A stretch of 64,000 nt of DNA from Gekko japonicus (GCF_001447785.1 NW_015175487.1:1-64000), one strand, 5' to 3'. Counted from the first letter of the stretch, positions 49,387 through 63,002 are shown. Program-made: numbers and translations. The notes: generated by a model from the letters alone, not told the origin.

Positions 49387-50358
49387 CTAATAATCCCCAA
49401 CACAGAGTTTGCCTTCATTGAGCTATCCACTATGACCCCAAGATCTTCTCCCTTCTCAGCCTCAGCAAATTCAGACCCTGTTAGCCTATACTAGAAGCTG
49501 GGATTGTTTTGTCCCAGTGCGCATCACCTTCCTTCCTCTCTCCTCCCAATGCCTAACTTGCTGTGCCAAATTTCTCCTTGTGTTCTGCCCGCTCCAGCTT
49601 CCCTGCTGCTCCCCAAACCTTATTCTCTGTACAAGCAAATATACCTCAAGCTCCTCCTCCTGCCACCTGCCTGCCCTTTTACCCTCCTTGTGTCACCAAA
49701 TGCCCTTGCCTCGTCCGTCTGTCTCGTCCTTGTGCTACTGTTCTTCCTCCTAAGAGGCTGCAGGGATGTCCGTGTTACTGTTTGGAATTTACAAGTAAAT
49801 TTACAAATGTCCAAGAATCTATGAATGACAATGCGGGAAAGATCTTGGTGAAATTCTTTCTTCTACAGAGCTCTTAAAAATACAGGAGCCTCATTTGACA
49901 ATCCAAGGCTGACTAAGGATGAAGGAGACAGACGTAACATTAAATTTATTTATCGAGGCGGATTACACATAGTGAGTCAGTACAATCAACCAGATGGGAT
50001 ATTCAATAACTAATGTGTAACCGACTTCCAGTCTGTGGCTTCAGCGATGGCGGAGGCTCTCTCCTGAACAGGGGAGGCATTCCGCGCTCCAGGGGTGTTG
50101 GAGGGGTGCCACCTCAAGTGGCACCCCCAGGTGAGCCTCAGNNNNNNNNNNNNNNNNNNNNNNNNNNNNNNNNNNNNNNNNNNNNNNNNNNNNNNNNNNN
50201 NNNNNNNNNNNNNNNNNNNNNNNNNNNNNNNNNNNNNNNNNNNNNNNNNNNNNNNNNNNNNNNNNNNNNNNNNNNNNNNNNNNNNNNNNNNNNNNNNNNN
50301 NNNNNNNNNNNNNNNNNNNNNNNNNNNNNNNNNNNNNNNNNNNNNNNNNNNNNNNNNN

Positions 50359-50850
50359 GTTGGCCCTCCAGAGGAACTGGTTGGCCACTGTGTGAGACAG
50401 GAGGCTGGACTAGAGGGACCCTCCCTGGCCTGATCCAGCAGGGCTCTCTTGATGTTGTTCTCAGGGGAAGGCCTTGGCCTCCCTGCCCTGTTCCTGGCCC
50501 TCAAGAGGAACTGGTTGGTGCCTGTGTGAGACGGGAGGCTGGACCAGATGGACCCTCCCTGGTCTGATCCAGCAGGGCACTTCTGATATTCTTATGGCCT
50601 CAGCCTCCCTGCCAGAACCGACAGCTCTCTGAAACTCCTGGCCCAGAAGAGCCCGCTTCGACAGCCGCCCAGTGACTTTACGACTGGTCTGACCCAGCAG
50701 GGCTCTTCTGATGTTCTTCTCAGGGGAAGGCCTCGGCCTCTCTGCCCTGTTGTTGGCCCTGCAGAAGAACTGGTTGGCCCCTGTGTGAAGCAGGAGGCTG
50801 GACTGGATGGACTATCGGTCTGATCCATCTGGTTTCTTCTGATGTTCTTA
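50359..50850 (+). repeat. Tandem array of CR1 3'-UTR-derived units next to a gap
   Basis: About four copies of ...ctgatccagcagggctcttctgatgttctt. Confidence 0.65.
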
Positions 50851-52319
50851 TCAGGACGACAAAGAGCTGGCTATTATATATATAGAACAGAAACCCAGAC
50901 AGATGGGCTGATGTTAATTCACTCAGAAGCCTGAAAAAAGACACTCAGGTCTCGACCACAAAAACACTTCACCGTTTGGTGTTGGCAGCTTTTGGAACAG
51001 TTTCCACCGCAACCGTCGAAAACCTTTGAGGCTCTTGGAATGGAAGCAAGACGATTTGGGAAAGTGGAGCCAGGGGGACCCCTAGTGGCCGCTGCCGGGA
51101 GCGCTGCAATACAGGAGAAAGCAGGAGATAAAAAACTTCCTTTTGAAATTGGATGATCTGGCCTCTGGAGCTCTGCAGATATTCCGCCCTTTCAGCAATT
51201 ACTTGCTGCCAAGAGGTCATATGCCTCGGCCATGGAACCCCGGCTCGTTGCAAGGCATTCTGTGATACACACCGTGCACGGTTGATAACTAATGTGTAAC
51301 CCACTAAGGTCCTAATATCTATAGGGAGAGTGGGCAGGTTCAGTTCGTTTTGACAGCGGAACTCCCACCTATGGTTATTAAGAATATGTAAGTGCTGTTA
51401 CTACACATGTACTTAAACACATAAATAAAAAAGGCAATACAAATAATGCACTTTAACATTTAAAATAAACTCTTTATATAAACAAAGCATGGAGGTTTTC
51501 ATATAAATCCTCATTCACTTCTGGTTGGTTGCTATTACTTCATAGCAATGAATCTTCAGGATATTACTGAGTACAGATATCTTCAGCATCCACAAGGATG
51601 CACAGAACAGAAAAAATACTAAGCACATAAATAATGCATATATTGTAGGTCCATATGTTGTAAGCTCACAGATACTGGAACAGCATATGAGGTTTCCAGG
51701 CTGTACTTGGGATGCTGCAGCTCTTCTCAGTTGACTCCAGGATTTACCTGCAATAATTCAAGGCAGGCCTTAACACAGCAAAGTCTATATAGGCCTCTCC
51801 CCAAGATGTTGCCTCTTTCTGGGCCAGGCTGAACTGCTGGCTGCTTTAGCAAACAGAATACTAAGGAAGATGTTTAAAAGGATCAATAACTATAAAATTA
51901 CATATTTTCAGAATCATATGAAATTACTATTAAGTATCTTAATAGTCCCAAACCAACATTTCAAACTCCCCAAGATATAACTTCACTTTTGTTTGAAAGA
52001 ATCTGTAATAATTACATTGGTTAACAGCATTTACCTGCAATAATTCATGGCAGGCCTTAACACAGCAAAGTCTATATAGGCCTCTCCCCAAGATGTCGCC
52101 TCTTTCTGGGCCAGGCTAAATTGCTGGCTGCTGGGAATACCCAGCCTCCTTTAGGGAAGGCTACAAGCACTGAGCATGCTCATTAACTAAGTATAGAAGG
52201 GGGGAAAGGGAGTTAATTGCCACACCACCTATTGCCAAAAGCAGGCGTGCCTGATCCCTGTATGCTGTTAACAGCTACAAAACTGCATGGGTTACATCTG
52301 GATGAAGCCTGGAGACAAA

Positions 52320-52600
52320 GAAGAAGAAGAAATAATTGGATTTTATACCCCACCCTTCACTACCCAAAGGAGTCACAGAGCGGCTTACAACCTCTTTTCC
52401 CTCCTCCTCCCCACAACAGACACCCTGTGAGGTAGGCGGGTCTGAGAGAGCTCTTTCGAGGACTGCTCCTGAGAGAACAGCTCCGAGAGAACTTGTGACT
52501 GGCCCAAGGTCACACCAGCAGCTGCATATACAGGAGTGGGAAATCAAACCCGGTTCTCCCAGATTAGAGTCCATGCTTCTAACCCCTACACCAAACTGGC
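52320..52600 (-). mobile_element. tRNA-derived SINE (Squam3-like)
   Basis: Family sequence in reverse. Confidence 0.8.
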
Positions 52601-53528
52601 TCTCTGGACAGCGATCAGTTTCCCAGGACTTCTTTGGAGGATGAACACTATGCTATTATTGGGAAAGTTTGGGAATTCCAAGAGATTTGGGGGTGGAACT
52701 TGGGGAGGGCAGGGTTCGGAGAGGGCGGTGGACCTCAGAGGGCCTATGACCCACTCCGGTCAATGTTCAGGCCGCAGCATTCTGTACCAACTACACCTTG
52801 CACTCCTAAGATTGCATTAGCTTAATCTGTTAGTATATATCTGTTAATATAACATATTAAGTGTTACAGATATTATGCAAAAGGACCCTAAGATTCAGGT
52901 GGGGTCGCCGTGTTGGTCTGAAGCAGCAGAACAAAGTTTGGATCCAGCGGCACCCTTAACACTAACAGCATTTTATTCAAGGTATGAGCTCCCGTGTGCA
53001 CCCAAAAGCTTATACCTTGAGTAAAACTTTGTTGGTCTTAAAGGTGCCACTGGACACAAACTTTGTAAATCGGATCCTGTCTGCAATGTACCAGGAGGGC
53101 CTGGCGTGATGTGGTCCGTGGGGTCGCGAAGAGTCAGACTCGACTGTGCGACTGAACCACAACTGCAACGTACTGTATATAGCAGGAAAGACCATTTTTG
53201 TGCTGTGCAGCCTTATCACCTGTGTGGGAAAAGCCCTCTTGGATAGATCAGTTTTGCATTGTTTGCAGAAAGCCAGGACAGTGGGAGACTTCCTGACCTC
53301 TGCAGGCTGACTGTTCCACAAGGCGGGGGTCACAATGGAGAAGGCACGTGGACGGGCGGTTGTTGATTTTGCCCATTTGCAGGTTAGTCCTTGCAGGAAA
53401 CCCCTGCAGACGTGAGCGGAGTTGTTGTGCCGGAGCATAGAGAGATAGGCGGTCCTGTAGATAAGAGGAGGAGGAGGAGGAGGAGGAGACTGGATTTATA
53501 CCCAGCTCTTCACTACCTTCCTCAAGGA

Positions 53529-53810
53529 GCCAGTTTGGTGTAGTGGTTAAGTGCGCAGACTCTAATCTGGGAGAACCGGGTTTGATTCCCCACTCCTCCA
53601 CTTGCACCTGGCTGGATGACCTTGGGCAAGCCATAACTCTGGCACAGCTGTTCTTGAAAAAGAGCAGTTTCTGTCAAGAGTTCTCTGAGCCCCACCTACC
53701 TCACAGGGTGTCTGTTGTGGGGAGGGGAAGGGGAAGGAGTTTGTAAGCCGCTCTTAGACACCTTTGGGTAGTGAAGGGCAGGGTATAAATCCAATCTCTT
53801 CTTCTTCTTC
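53529..53810 (+). mobile_element. tRNA-derived SINE (Squam3-like)
   Basis: Full family sequence, nested within an opposite-strand copy. Confidence 0.85.
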
Positions 53811-54921
53811 TACCTGAAGGAGTCTCAGGTTGCAGTCTCACACACTAAATAATCCACTTTCATGCACTTTCCAACTGGATTTTTACTGTGTGAACAGGCA
53901 AAATCCAATTCAAAAGTGCATTCAAAGTGGATTGAAAGTGAATTATTTGGTGTGTGCGACTGCAGCTTCAGAGTGGCTTACAATCCCTTTCCCTTCCCCT
54001 CCCCACAACAGACCCTGTGAGGTAGGTGGGGCTGAGAGAGCTCTTTGAGAACTGCTCTTGAGAGATCAGCTCTGAGAGAACTTGTGATTGACACAAAGTC
54101 ACACCAGCAGCTGCATATGGAGGAGTGGGGAATCAAAGCCGGTTCTCCCACATCAGAATCCATGCTCCTAACCACTACACCAAACTGAATGGCTTTATAT
54201 GTGATAACCAATACCTTAAACAGAGCTCGGTAACAAATGGGCAACCATATGGAGGGTTTGCAGAATGGGAGTAATATGCATGCGCTTTCTAGCTCCTGCT
54301 AGTGAAAAGTTACCCACACTGCCAGCGCCATCACTTTGAAATGTAGGCAGCAGACTTACAAACTAGTGAAGTGAATAACGGTGCAGACATTGCTATGTTT
54401 TAGGCCGACGGTCCTTTTAAAAAAATCTGTGTCCATTTAGCTGTTTGTTTTGTCTTTTTTAAAAAAAGAAGAAATATTTGAAATATTTGCTTGGAGTTGT
54501 ATGTGTGTGTATTGGTGACAGCACAGATGCCAGCCAATCAGGGCTGTACACAGCCAACTTTTGCTGCATACATGCAGAACTTTTTTGTTTGTGTCAGAGT
54601 TCAGACCTGGAAAGGAAAAAAGGGCATTCAGATTGAATGAAAGGAAACTATTTCCAAAACAATGCTGTTGCCATACAAATGCAATGTCTGTCTTTACTCT
54701 GAAGGGCCCAAAGAAACATCAGAAGAAGAAGCAAAAGTTCTTCTCAGGACAGATCTGCTGTTAAGGACTAGCCTTGTCTGTCTGTTGGCTGCTTCTCTCT
54801 GATCATCCAGTATATTTGCAAATAAAACATATGAATTATACATTAAATCAAATCTGTTCATCTGTGGGCACTTGAAGACAATTGGGTGCATCCTACCCCT
54901 ATCCTGCCACTCCACTGAGCA

Positions 54922-54955
<34 letters not shown>

Positions 54956-55700
54956 CTGAAATATTTCTACACCACCCTCCTTTTGGCTCAAGTCTGAATC
55001 CTTCCTCCAATCTAAGGAGACTTCCTCCCAAGTAAGTGGCCCATCCATTGGAGGAAGAGCCACTGAGTCGAAGGAAGGCTCTGTAGGCTGGAGGAAGGGT
55101 ATTTAGAGGGTGGCCGCATCCCTCTCACTTGGTCTCAACCTGAATGGTAGGTCTCTCCATCACTTAGTCCCCACCGGCCATTGTGAGGGAAGTGGAAAGT
55201 GCTTTCAAGTCATAGCTAACCCACTGGACTGTTTTTAAGGCAAAGGTGAACAGAAGTGGTTTTGCCCTTGCCTGCCTCTTCATAGCAACCCCGGACTTCT
55301 TTCGTGGCCTCCCACCCAAATACTTGCCAGGGCCGGCCCTGCTTAGCTTCCGAGATCTGACGAGATCAGGCTAGCCTGGGCCAGAGAGGTCAGAGAAGAG
55401 ACAAAAGGAGGCGGACTGCCAATGCCAGCCTCTGTGTAGCAACCCTGGACTTCCTTAGTTAGTAGTCTCCCATCTGAGTACTAACTAGCGCCAACCCTCC
55501 TTAACTTCTGAGATCTGATGAGACTGGGCTGGCCTGGGCCATCCAGGGCAGGGAAATTCCCCTTACTGCGCGGACTCTAATCTGGGAGAACCGGGTTTGA
55601 TTTCCCCACTCCTCCACTTGCACCTGGCTGGATGATCTTGGGCAAGCCGTGGTTCTGATAAGAGCTGTCCTTGAAAAAGAGCAGTTCCTGTCAAGAGCTC

Positions 55701-56470
55701 TGTAACAATTCCTTGTTTCTCTCTCTGTGCATGTGTCTTTAAAAGTTTGGTTGCATGGCTGTGGTAGATAGACTAGAGTGGTTGAGAGAGGCAAGTGTGG
55801 TATGATTGGTGGTTGACAGAGAGGGGGAGGAGCTTTGGAAGTGAATCTGGTTGGATGAGTATGTGAGTCAGTAGTTTCAGTTAGATGTTGACAGTTGATG
55901 TTCAGTTAGTTAGTTAGACAAGCAGTTCTGTGTGGAAGCAGTTATAAACTGACAGCTGCGGTTGTTCAGTGAGACAGAGAGAGAAAGCTGAAAGTTGAAT
56001 GTATAGGAAACAGTAAAGTAAAGTTTAAGTGACCAACAGTTAAAGGAAAGTCTGAGGGTCATAACAAACGGGAGAGAAACAGTGAACACATATGGCATTG
56101 AGATAAACAAGTGTTACAAAGTTACATGAAAAGATCCCTGACAGTGAGGGAGAAGATTGTGTGTGATACCAAAGCAATTGTTCATCATTTACACATTACT
56201 AGTTACATTGTACCACCCTCTTATTTAGTATTTGTTTCAATAAATCCTCTTTTATCAAAGTTTATACCAGCTCTGAATGACATACTTCCCAGGACCACAT
56301 AGTTCCTCGTGAGCCTTGAACTCGGTCTACCAAACCAGTAAGCAAAAGTAAAAGCATAAAGGTTTGGAAATCCTTAAAATTTCCTAGTGGCAGCAGATTC
56401 TACCCAGTTAAACAAAATACAGAACACTTTTAAAGTGAAACTAGTCCTCCCCGATAAGAAGGACGTCACA
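55701..56470 (+). mobile_element. 770-bp solo LTR splitting a Squam3-like SINE (55567-56600)
   Basis: TGTAAC...GTCACA ends and 5-bp TSD AGCTC. The SINE halves are contiguous on either side. Confidence 0.85.
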
Positions 56471-56724
56471 AGCTCTCTCAGCCCCACCTACCTCACAGGG
56501 TGTCTGTGGTGGGGAGGGGAAGGGAAAGGAGTTTGTAAGCTGCTCTGAAACACCTTTGGGTAGTGAAGGGCGAGGTATCAATCCAACTTCTTCTTCTTCT
56601 TACTCAGAGTGCGGTGAATCCTACCCCTATCCTACCATCCCGATAAAAGTCTCCTCATATGTTTATTAAAATATTTCTACCCCACCTTTCCTTTGGCCTC
56701 AGATTTGAAGCCTTCCTCCAACTG

Positions 56725-57260
56725 GGCAACCAAAATGGAACACCTTCCCTGAGGAAATGCTGAAGGGTTGGAAACTTTTCAGTTTAGAAAAGAGACGAAT
56801 GGGGGGGGGGGAGAGATAATAGAGGTTTCTAAAATTATGCCTGGGGTAGAGAGAGTTGACAAAGAGAATTCCCCCCCTCCCAAAATACTAGAACTTGAGG
56901 GCATCCAAAGGAATTGTGGGGAAGTAGGTTCAGGAAGGACAAGAAATACTACTTTACACAGAGAGTGATTAAAATGTGGAATTTGCTGCCAGAGGATGTA
57001 GTGATGGCCAGAGGAATAAACAGCTTTGAAAGGCAATTAGATAGATTCATGGAGGTTAAGTCTATCAATGGCTACTAGCTGTGGTTACTGAGAGGCACTA
57101 AACCTCTGATTCCCAGAGCCAAGCGGCAACATCTGGGAAGGCCTCGACCTCTATACCTGTTGTTGGTCCTCCAGAGGAACTGGTTGGCCACTGTGTGAGA
57201 CGCAATGTTGGACTGAATTGACCATTGGTCTGATCCAGCACGGCTCTTCTTATGTTCTTA
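56725..57260 (+). mobile_element. CR1 LINE 3' fragment
   Basis: CR1 ORF2 C-terminal remnants and a tatgttctta tail. Confidence 0.75.
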
Positions 57261-57371
57261 ACCTAAGGAGACTTTCTCCAACATTAGTGGCTGTTCTGTT
57301 GGAAGGCGAGCTATTTACGTTGGAGGAAGCCTCCTTAGGCTGGAAGAAGGGTATTTGAGGATGGTTGGGTC

Positions 57372-57577
57372 CAGTGTTCCCTCTAAGCTGAGTTAGTGTG
57401 AGCTAGCTCACAGTTTCTTAGCCTCCAGCTCACAGATTTTTGTCTTAGCTCAGGAAGGACGGCTCCAGATCAAACTAATTTATGCAGTAGCCAAATTGCT
57501 GGCTCACAGCTTTAATGCCAGTTGCTCACAAAGTAGAATTTTTGCACACAAGACTCCACAGCTTAGAGGGAGCATTG
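57372..57577. mobile_element. hAT-type MITE
   Basis: Family TIRs and TSD GTTGGGTC. Confidence 0.85.
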
Positions 57578-57829
57578 GTTGGGTCCCTGCCACTATCAGA
57601 CAGAAATTGCAACAGTAATTCTCAGAGCATCTGCCAAAGGGACCAGAAACTTGTGAAGAGGGAGGAGGAGGGGAGCTCTGGTTCTAGATATCCTCCAGAA
57701 AAGTTACTAGCTTCTACATTCCAAATTATGTTCCACATTTTTCTGGCATCTGTATGCTGCATTCCTGGCTGGTAGGTCCAAGAAGGCATATGTAGTCCAT
57801 GGAAACATCACTCTCTCTTTTCCAGGTTG

Positions 57830-58768
57830 TCATTTACTCTGAAAACGTCTGCTCTTTTCCCAAAGTCTCACAATAGCTGCCTTTATGTCATGGTTCCTCA
57901 AGGTGTAAATGAATGGATTCAGCATAGGGATGACCACTGCGTACAAGAGAGAAGTAACGGTGCCTTTCTGGGCTGAGTAAGCAGACGTAGGCTGGAAATA
58001 GAGGCAGCTGATGGTCCCATAGAACAGGACCACAACAGTCAGATGAGAGCCACAGGTCGAGAAGGCCTTGCGCTTCCCAGCAGCAGATGGTACTTTCATG
58101 ATGGCACAGAAGATGCGCATGTAGGAGATGATAATGAGGACAAAGGGTCCCAGAATGTCCACCACACCCTCCGTCTGTGCCAGGGTCTTTATAAGTCTGG
58201 TGCTTGAGCAGGAGAGTTCCAGGAGAGGGTAGACATCACAGAAAAAATAGGGGATCTCCCAGGAGGAGCAGAAAGAAAGGCGGGACGTCAGAAGAGTGTA
58301 GAGCAAAGAGTGAAGAGCAGAAAGGATCCACGATCCGCACGCCAGAACAAGGCAGCACTTGTGGCTCATCACAGTGGTATAGTGCAGTGGGCGACAGATG
58401 GCCACGTAGCGGTCGTAAGCCATGCAAGCCAGGAGGAAGCTATCAGTGTTGCCAAAGGTTAAGAAGAAATACATCTGGGTCAAGCACCCGCTGTAGGAGA
58501 TGGCCTTGATGGGAGACACCAGGTTCACCAGTATCTTGGGGACAGTGCTGGAAACAAAACCTAAGTCAGCCAGGGAGAGGTGACTGAGGAAGAAGTACAT
58601 CGGGGTACGAAGGAGGTGATGGTCCAAACGGATCAGGAGGACAATCAGAAGGTTTCCTAGCAGAGTCAACACGTAGAAGGAGAGGAAAAGCAGGAAGAGG
58701 AGATTCTGGTGTTGAGGCTGGGTGGAGAGACCCAAAAGGACAAATTCAGAGATGCCTGTTTGGTTCAT
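57830..58768 (-). CDS. Olfactory receptor, family 1 (OR1L/OR1J-like), 312 aa
   Basis: Intact ORF with [37 protein letters not shown] and [12 protein letters not shown]. Acceptor tcttcttttcacag lies just upstream of the ATG. Confidence 0.95.
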   Translation of the reverse strand: MNQTGISEFVLLGLSTQPQHQNLLFLLFLSFYVLTLLGNLLIVLLIRLDHHLLRTPMYFFLSHLSLADLGFVSSTVPKILVNLVSPIKAISYSGCLTQMYFFLTFGNTDSFLLACMAYDRYVAICRPLHYTTVMSHKCCLVLACGSWILSALHSLLYTLLTSRLSFCSSWEIPYFFCDVYPLLELSCSSTRLIKTLAQTEGVVDILGPFVLIIISYMRIFCAIMKVPSAAGKRKAFSTCGSHLTVVVLFYGTISCLYFQPTSAYSAQKGTVTSLLYAVVIPMLNPFIYTLRNHDIKAAIVRLWEKSRRFQSK

Positions 58769-59406
58769 ATTGGCCTTTTTATAGCTGTGAAAAGAAGAGA
58801 CAGAGAAGTCGGGGTGCAGTGGTTAGAGTTGTGGTCCCCAGCATTTCCGAGCCCGCAGGCACCTTTGGAGTTCTGGGAGAGAGTAGTGGGCGCAGCCAGA
58901 AAATGGCTGCCGCTGGAGGTGGAGCGAGTCACAAAATGGCCGCCGCAGCTTACCTTCAGTCACACAGCGAGAATCCTTGCGCCGTGGTGGCAGCTGCTGC
59001 CAAAGCAACGTTTTAACAGATCTGCACAGCCAATCAAATGTCCAGTGGCCAATCAGAATCCTTGCTGGGCATAACCTGCCCCCAACCACTGTCTAAAAAC
59101 ACCTGCCAGGCCCCCAGGAAAGGTGTTGGCGGGAACCTGGACACCCACAGGTACCACATTGGGAACCCCTAGGTTAGAGTGTTGGACTAGGAACTGGGAA
59201 ACCAGGTTTGAAAAGTATTTTATATTGCTATCACTTATATCGCTTTAAGCTGACGTTTTTATTGCTGCCACCTGGGCATCCTGGGGCTGCACCAGATCCA
59301 AGAACATGTCCATACCATATATCTTATCCTTAAGCATAAATGTGCTATCCAGAAAGGGTATTGCAGCCTTTTCTGGAATGGGCAAACCCCCCCCCATTAA
59401 TATCTG

Positions 59407-59762
59407 CAGGGCTTTTTTGGTAGAAAAACCCCAGCAGGAACTCATTAGCATATTAGGCCACACCCTTGACAGCACAGCTCATTAGCATATTAGGCCACAC
59501 CCCCATTTTACCAGAAGTGTGGTCATCCAGCCACACCCACCTTTTGCTTCTGTTTACCTTGTTTGTTGCCAAAACCCAGGGCTTTTTTTTTGTAGCAGGA
59601 ACTCCTTTGCATGTTAGGCCTCACACCCCTAATGTAGCCAATACTAATGAGTTTCTACTGTCGGGTGTGGCCTATTATGCTAATGAGTTCCTGCTGTGCG
59701 TGGCCAACTCGGGAGCCGGCCGGAACTCCATTCCTGTGCGTTCCTGGCCAAAAATAGCCCTG
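59407..59762. mobile_element. hAT-type MITE (CAGGGC family)
   Basis: TSD AATATCTG. Confidence 0.8.
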
Positions 59763-60827
59763 AATATCTGTATTGTGGACTGAGCTTTAGCTTGTTCCCC
59801 TCCATCCAGCCCATCAGTTGCCTCGAGTATTCATTCAGGCCCCCCCTGCATCTGATAGAAATCGGAAACAAAGTTGAGTGTCACCAACACACCATGGTGA
59901 ATTCTCCCCATACCCCAGAACAATTGTACCTGTCAGCTTCCTGTACATATTAAACAGCATGGAAGACAAAACAACCTAGTGGATGAGACCTGTGGAGAGG
60001 AACTATAGCTTCCCAACACCATTTTCTGGCACCTTCTCAAGAAGTAAGACCAGCATAATGCAGCACCTGTTCTCCCCCAACTCACAGGTGGTCTAGAAGG
60101 AGGACATAGTTAATGGAATTCAATGCCGCAGGAAGTGGTGGTGGCTACAAGCACAGACAGCTTCAAGAAGGGACTGGAGAAACATATGGAACAGAGGTTC
60201 ATCAGTCTATTAGCCACAAGGTATAGGTGGAACATTAGGGTCCTTTCTGCACTTGGATCTCATCCCTGGTTTTATCAGAGTTCAACTCACAACGCAATAC
60301 CTTGCACTTTTCCCTGTTTATAACAGCATCCGTTTATGCCGGGACAAGTGTGGGGAAAAAAACGGGGTGACCTCAATGTAATGTGGAAACAAAAAATACC
60401 CCGAGATAATTACAGGGGTGAACTTGAGTGTAGTGTAGAATGTAAGTTTGGGGATAGGGTGGAACCAGGATTTAAGGTCTAGTGCAGAATCACCCTATCT
60501 CTGGGGCAGTGATGCTCTTAGTGCTTGGGGGGGGAAGAGTGGGAGGCCTTCTGGAATTCTGGCCCCACTGGTGGACCTCCTGCTGGCACCTGGGTTTGGG
60601 TCACTGTGTGACAGAGTTTTGGCGTGGATGGGCCATTGGCCTAATCCAACATGGCTTCTCTTATGTTCTCATCTCTGTAGTCTGGAGATGAGCTGTAATT
60701 CCAGAGGATCCCCAGGTCCCACCTATAGGCTGGCATCCCTAGGTAGACCTACCAATGGCACCTTGAGGGCCCAGCCATTCATGGGGTTAGTTTTCATAGG
60801 GGTTTTGGATTTGATCTGAGTGATAAC

Positions 60828-60985
60828 ACCCTGACCTGGATAGCCCAGGCTAGATCAATCTCATCAGATCTAGGAAGCTAAGCAGGGTCAGCCCTGGCCA
60901 GTATTTGGATGGGAGACCACCAAGGAAGCCCAGGGTCATGTCACAGAGGCAGGCAATGGCAAGCCACCTCTGAACATCTCTTGCC
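60828..60985 (+). mobile_element. 5S rRNA-derived SINE
   Basis: tcagatctaggaagctaagcagggtcagccctggccagtatttggatgggagacc. Confidence 0.7.
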
Positions 60986-63002
60986 TTCTTTTCAGTTGAG
61001 GCAGCAGGCGCCCACCTGCTATTGGCCTTGCCTCCGGTAACCTCAGGTCCGAATGGCCATCTGGGAACCAACTGCTTCTTGCTGAGATCTGTTGAGGCAC
61101 CGGTCTTCTATTGAATGCTGTTTTTATATAGGTTTTTAGATATATTTGAATTGTTGATTTGTTATATGGGTATATTGTGAATGTTATAATGCAACCTGCC
61201 CTGAGCCTGCTTGCGGGGAAGGCGGGATACAAACAGAATCAAATAAATAAATAAAACCCTACAGGGTCACTATAAGTCAGCTGTGACTTGACGGCACTTT
61301 CCACCATCACTAGTGGGCGACTAGAGGAAAATGCTGAAGGAATTGGGGGTGGAGGGGACCCGTGATGGCCTTCGGTGATGACCTGCTGAAAGCCACCCAG
61401 AAAAACTCCATAGCTGTGCAGGAACTTTAATGCACATATTCCCAATCTAGTCCAAGTAATATACCCTAGCTCCCACACCGTTGTTTTTCAGCTGGTCTGT
61501 CAAGTCCCACAAGTGGTTCATACCCTGACCTTTGGTGGGTCATATCCATAGCACGATCACCATTTTCTATGCCGCTGCTCAGTTTCAACAGGAGATGGAC
61601 GGAAGACCAGATGCCCAGGAAGACAATGGCTCTTGTGTCTTTGAGGCAGAGGTGGTTTCAGAATCCCTCCCCTCTCTCATCCCGGAGTGACAAACTGAAT
61701 TGATCAAAAATGGGCCTTCTGTTTGTCTGCTAAAGCTAAAGGAGGCCTACCCATAAGAACACAAGAGACGCCAATGTTGGATCAGGCCAAAGGCCCATCC
61801 AGTCCAACACTCTGTCACACAGTGGCCAGAAATACCAGTGCCATCAGGAGGTCCACCAGTGGGGCCAGGACATTAGAAGCCTTCCCACTGCTGAACCCCC
61901 CAGCACCAAGAAGACAGAGCATCACTTGCCCAAGAGCCCCTATCTATACCTTGTGGCTAATAGCCACTGATGGACCTCTGCTCTATATGCTTATCTAATT
62001 CCCTTTTGAAGCCGTCCATGCTTGTAGCCGCCACCCTTCTTTACATTTGGTCATCTTGAAGATCTCCAGCTATGGTCAAAATTAATCATATTGCAGGAGC
62101 AAGATTGGTTCTGGCTGAAAGACAGCTGAGCTCTCTGTTGGCTTTCCTTCAATGAAGGCAATGATCGAGAATCTGCAACCAGCACGGCCAGCAGTTAGAC
62201 ATTTGGGAGTAGAGCAAGTGAAACGTGCGGAATGCAAGCCATAAATGAAGTGCCTGGGACTCACCTGATTGGGAGGTCCTTGTCCCACAAATCTAGTACG
62301 TACTTCTTGTGAAGACTGGGATCTGTCAGACGGGGAAGAAAGGGGCGGCAATGAGAACACAGCAGATGGCTCAGAGAGACTCCATTTGCTCCTTCCTCCA
62401 GGTTTACGTGAGGTTTGGATTGACAACGACACCATAGAGCAGAACAAAGCAGCCATTCTAGTGGAAGCTTCCTCCGTATGAAGGTTCATGGCGTCTTGTG
62501 ATTCCGAATGGGAACAATGGTTCCTTCAAGGAAGATGGAGCCTTTCTCAAGGTCTGTTCTACAGCACCACCAGAAGAGATGCAACATGTGCCGGGTGGAA
62601 TTCTCCCATGGTATGGCGACATGTGAAATGCCTTAACTGCGGAACAGCTAAAGCGTAAAGACGCTTTTCGTCGGTTGGAAGCTCAGTGGGCTGCAGGAGT
62701 GATGCATGGAAGGATCTGGGTAGTAAAGGAGCAGGGGATGTTCCAGCGGGTGGCCCCAGGGCACAGGCTCCAGGGAGATGGCAGAGGAAGACCTTCCAGG
62801 GGGATCTTGTTAGCTGAAGCACCAGGCTGCAAGGTTTGACATGTCTCAAGAGGTGTGCCATCGAGACTCAACTTCTTGCTCACAGTAAATTAGGTTGAAA
62901 CTATTGGGATATTTGGTTAATGTAGCAGAGTCATAGAAGCATGATACTGAGTGCAGTAAATAAGTCTCCCAAAAAGTATATTGCCTTAAAAAGGTAAACT
63001 TA

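Noticed and set aside
54880-57370. Diverged ~250-bp duplication (54885-55120 vs 56615-56720 plus 57260-57370)
   Set aside because: It appears to be old repeat-derived sequence with no coding or regulatory signal I can support.
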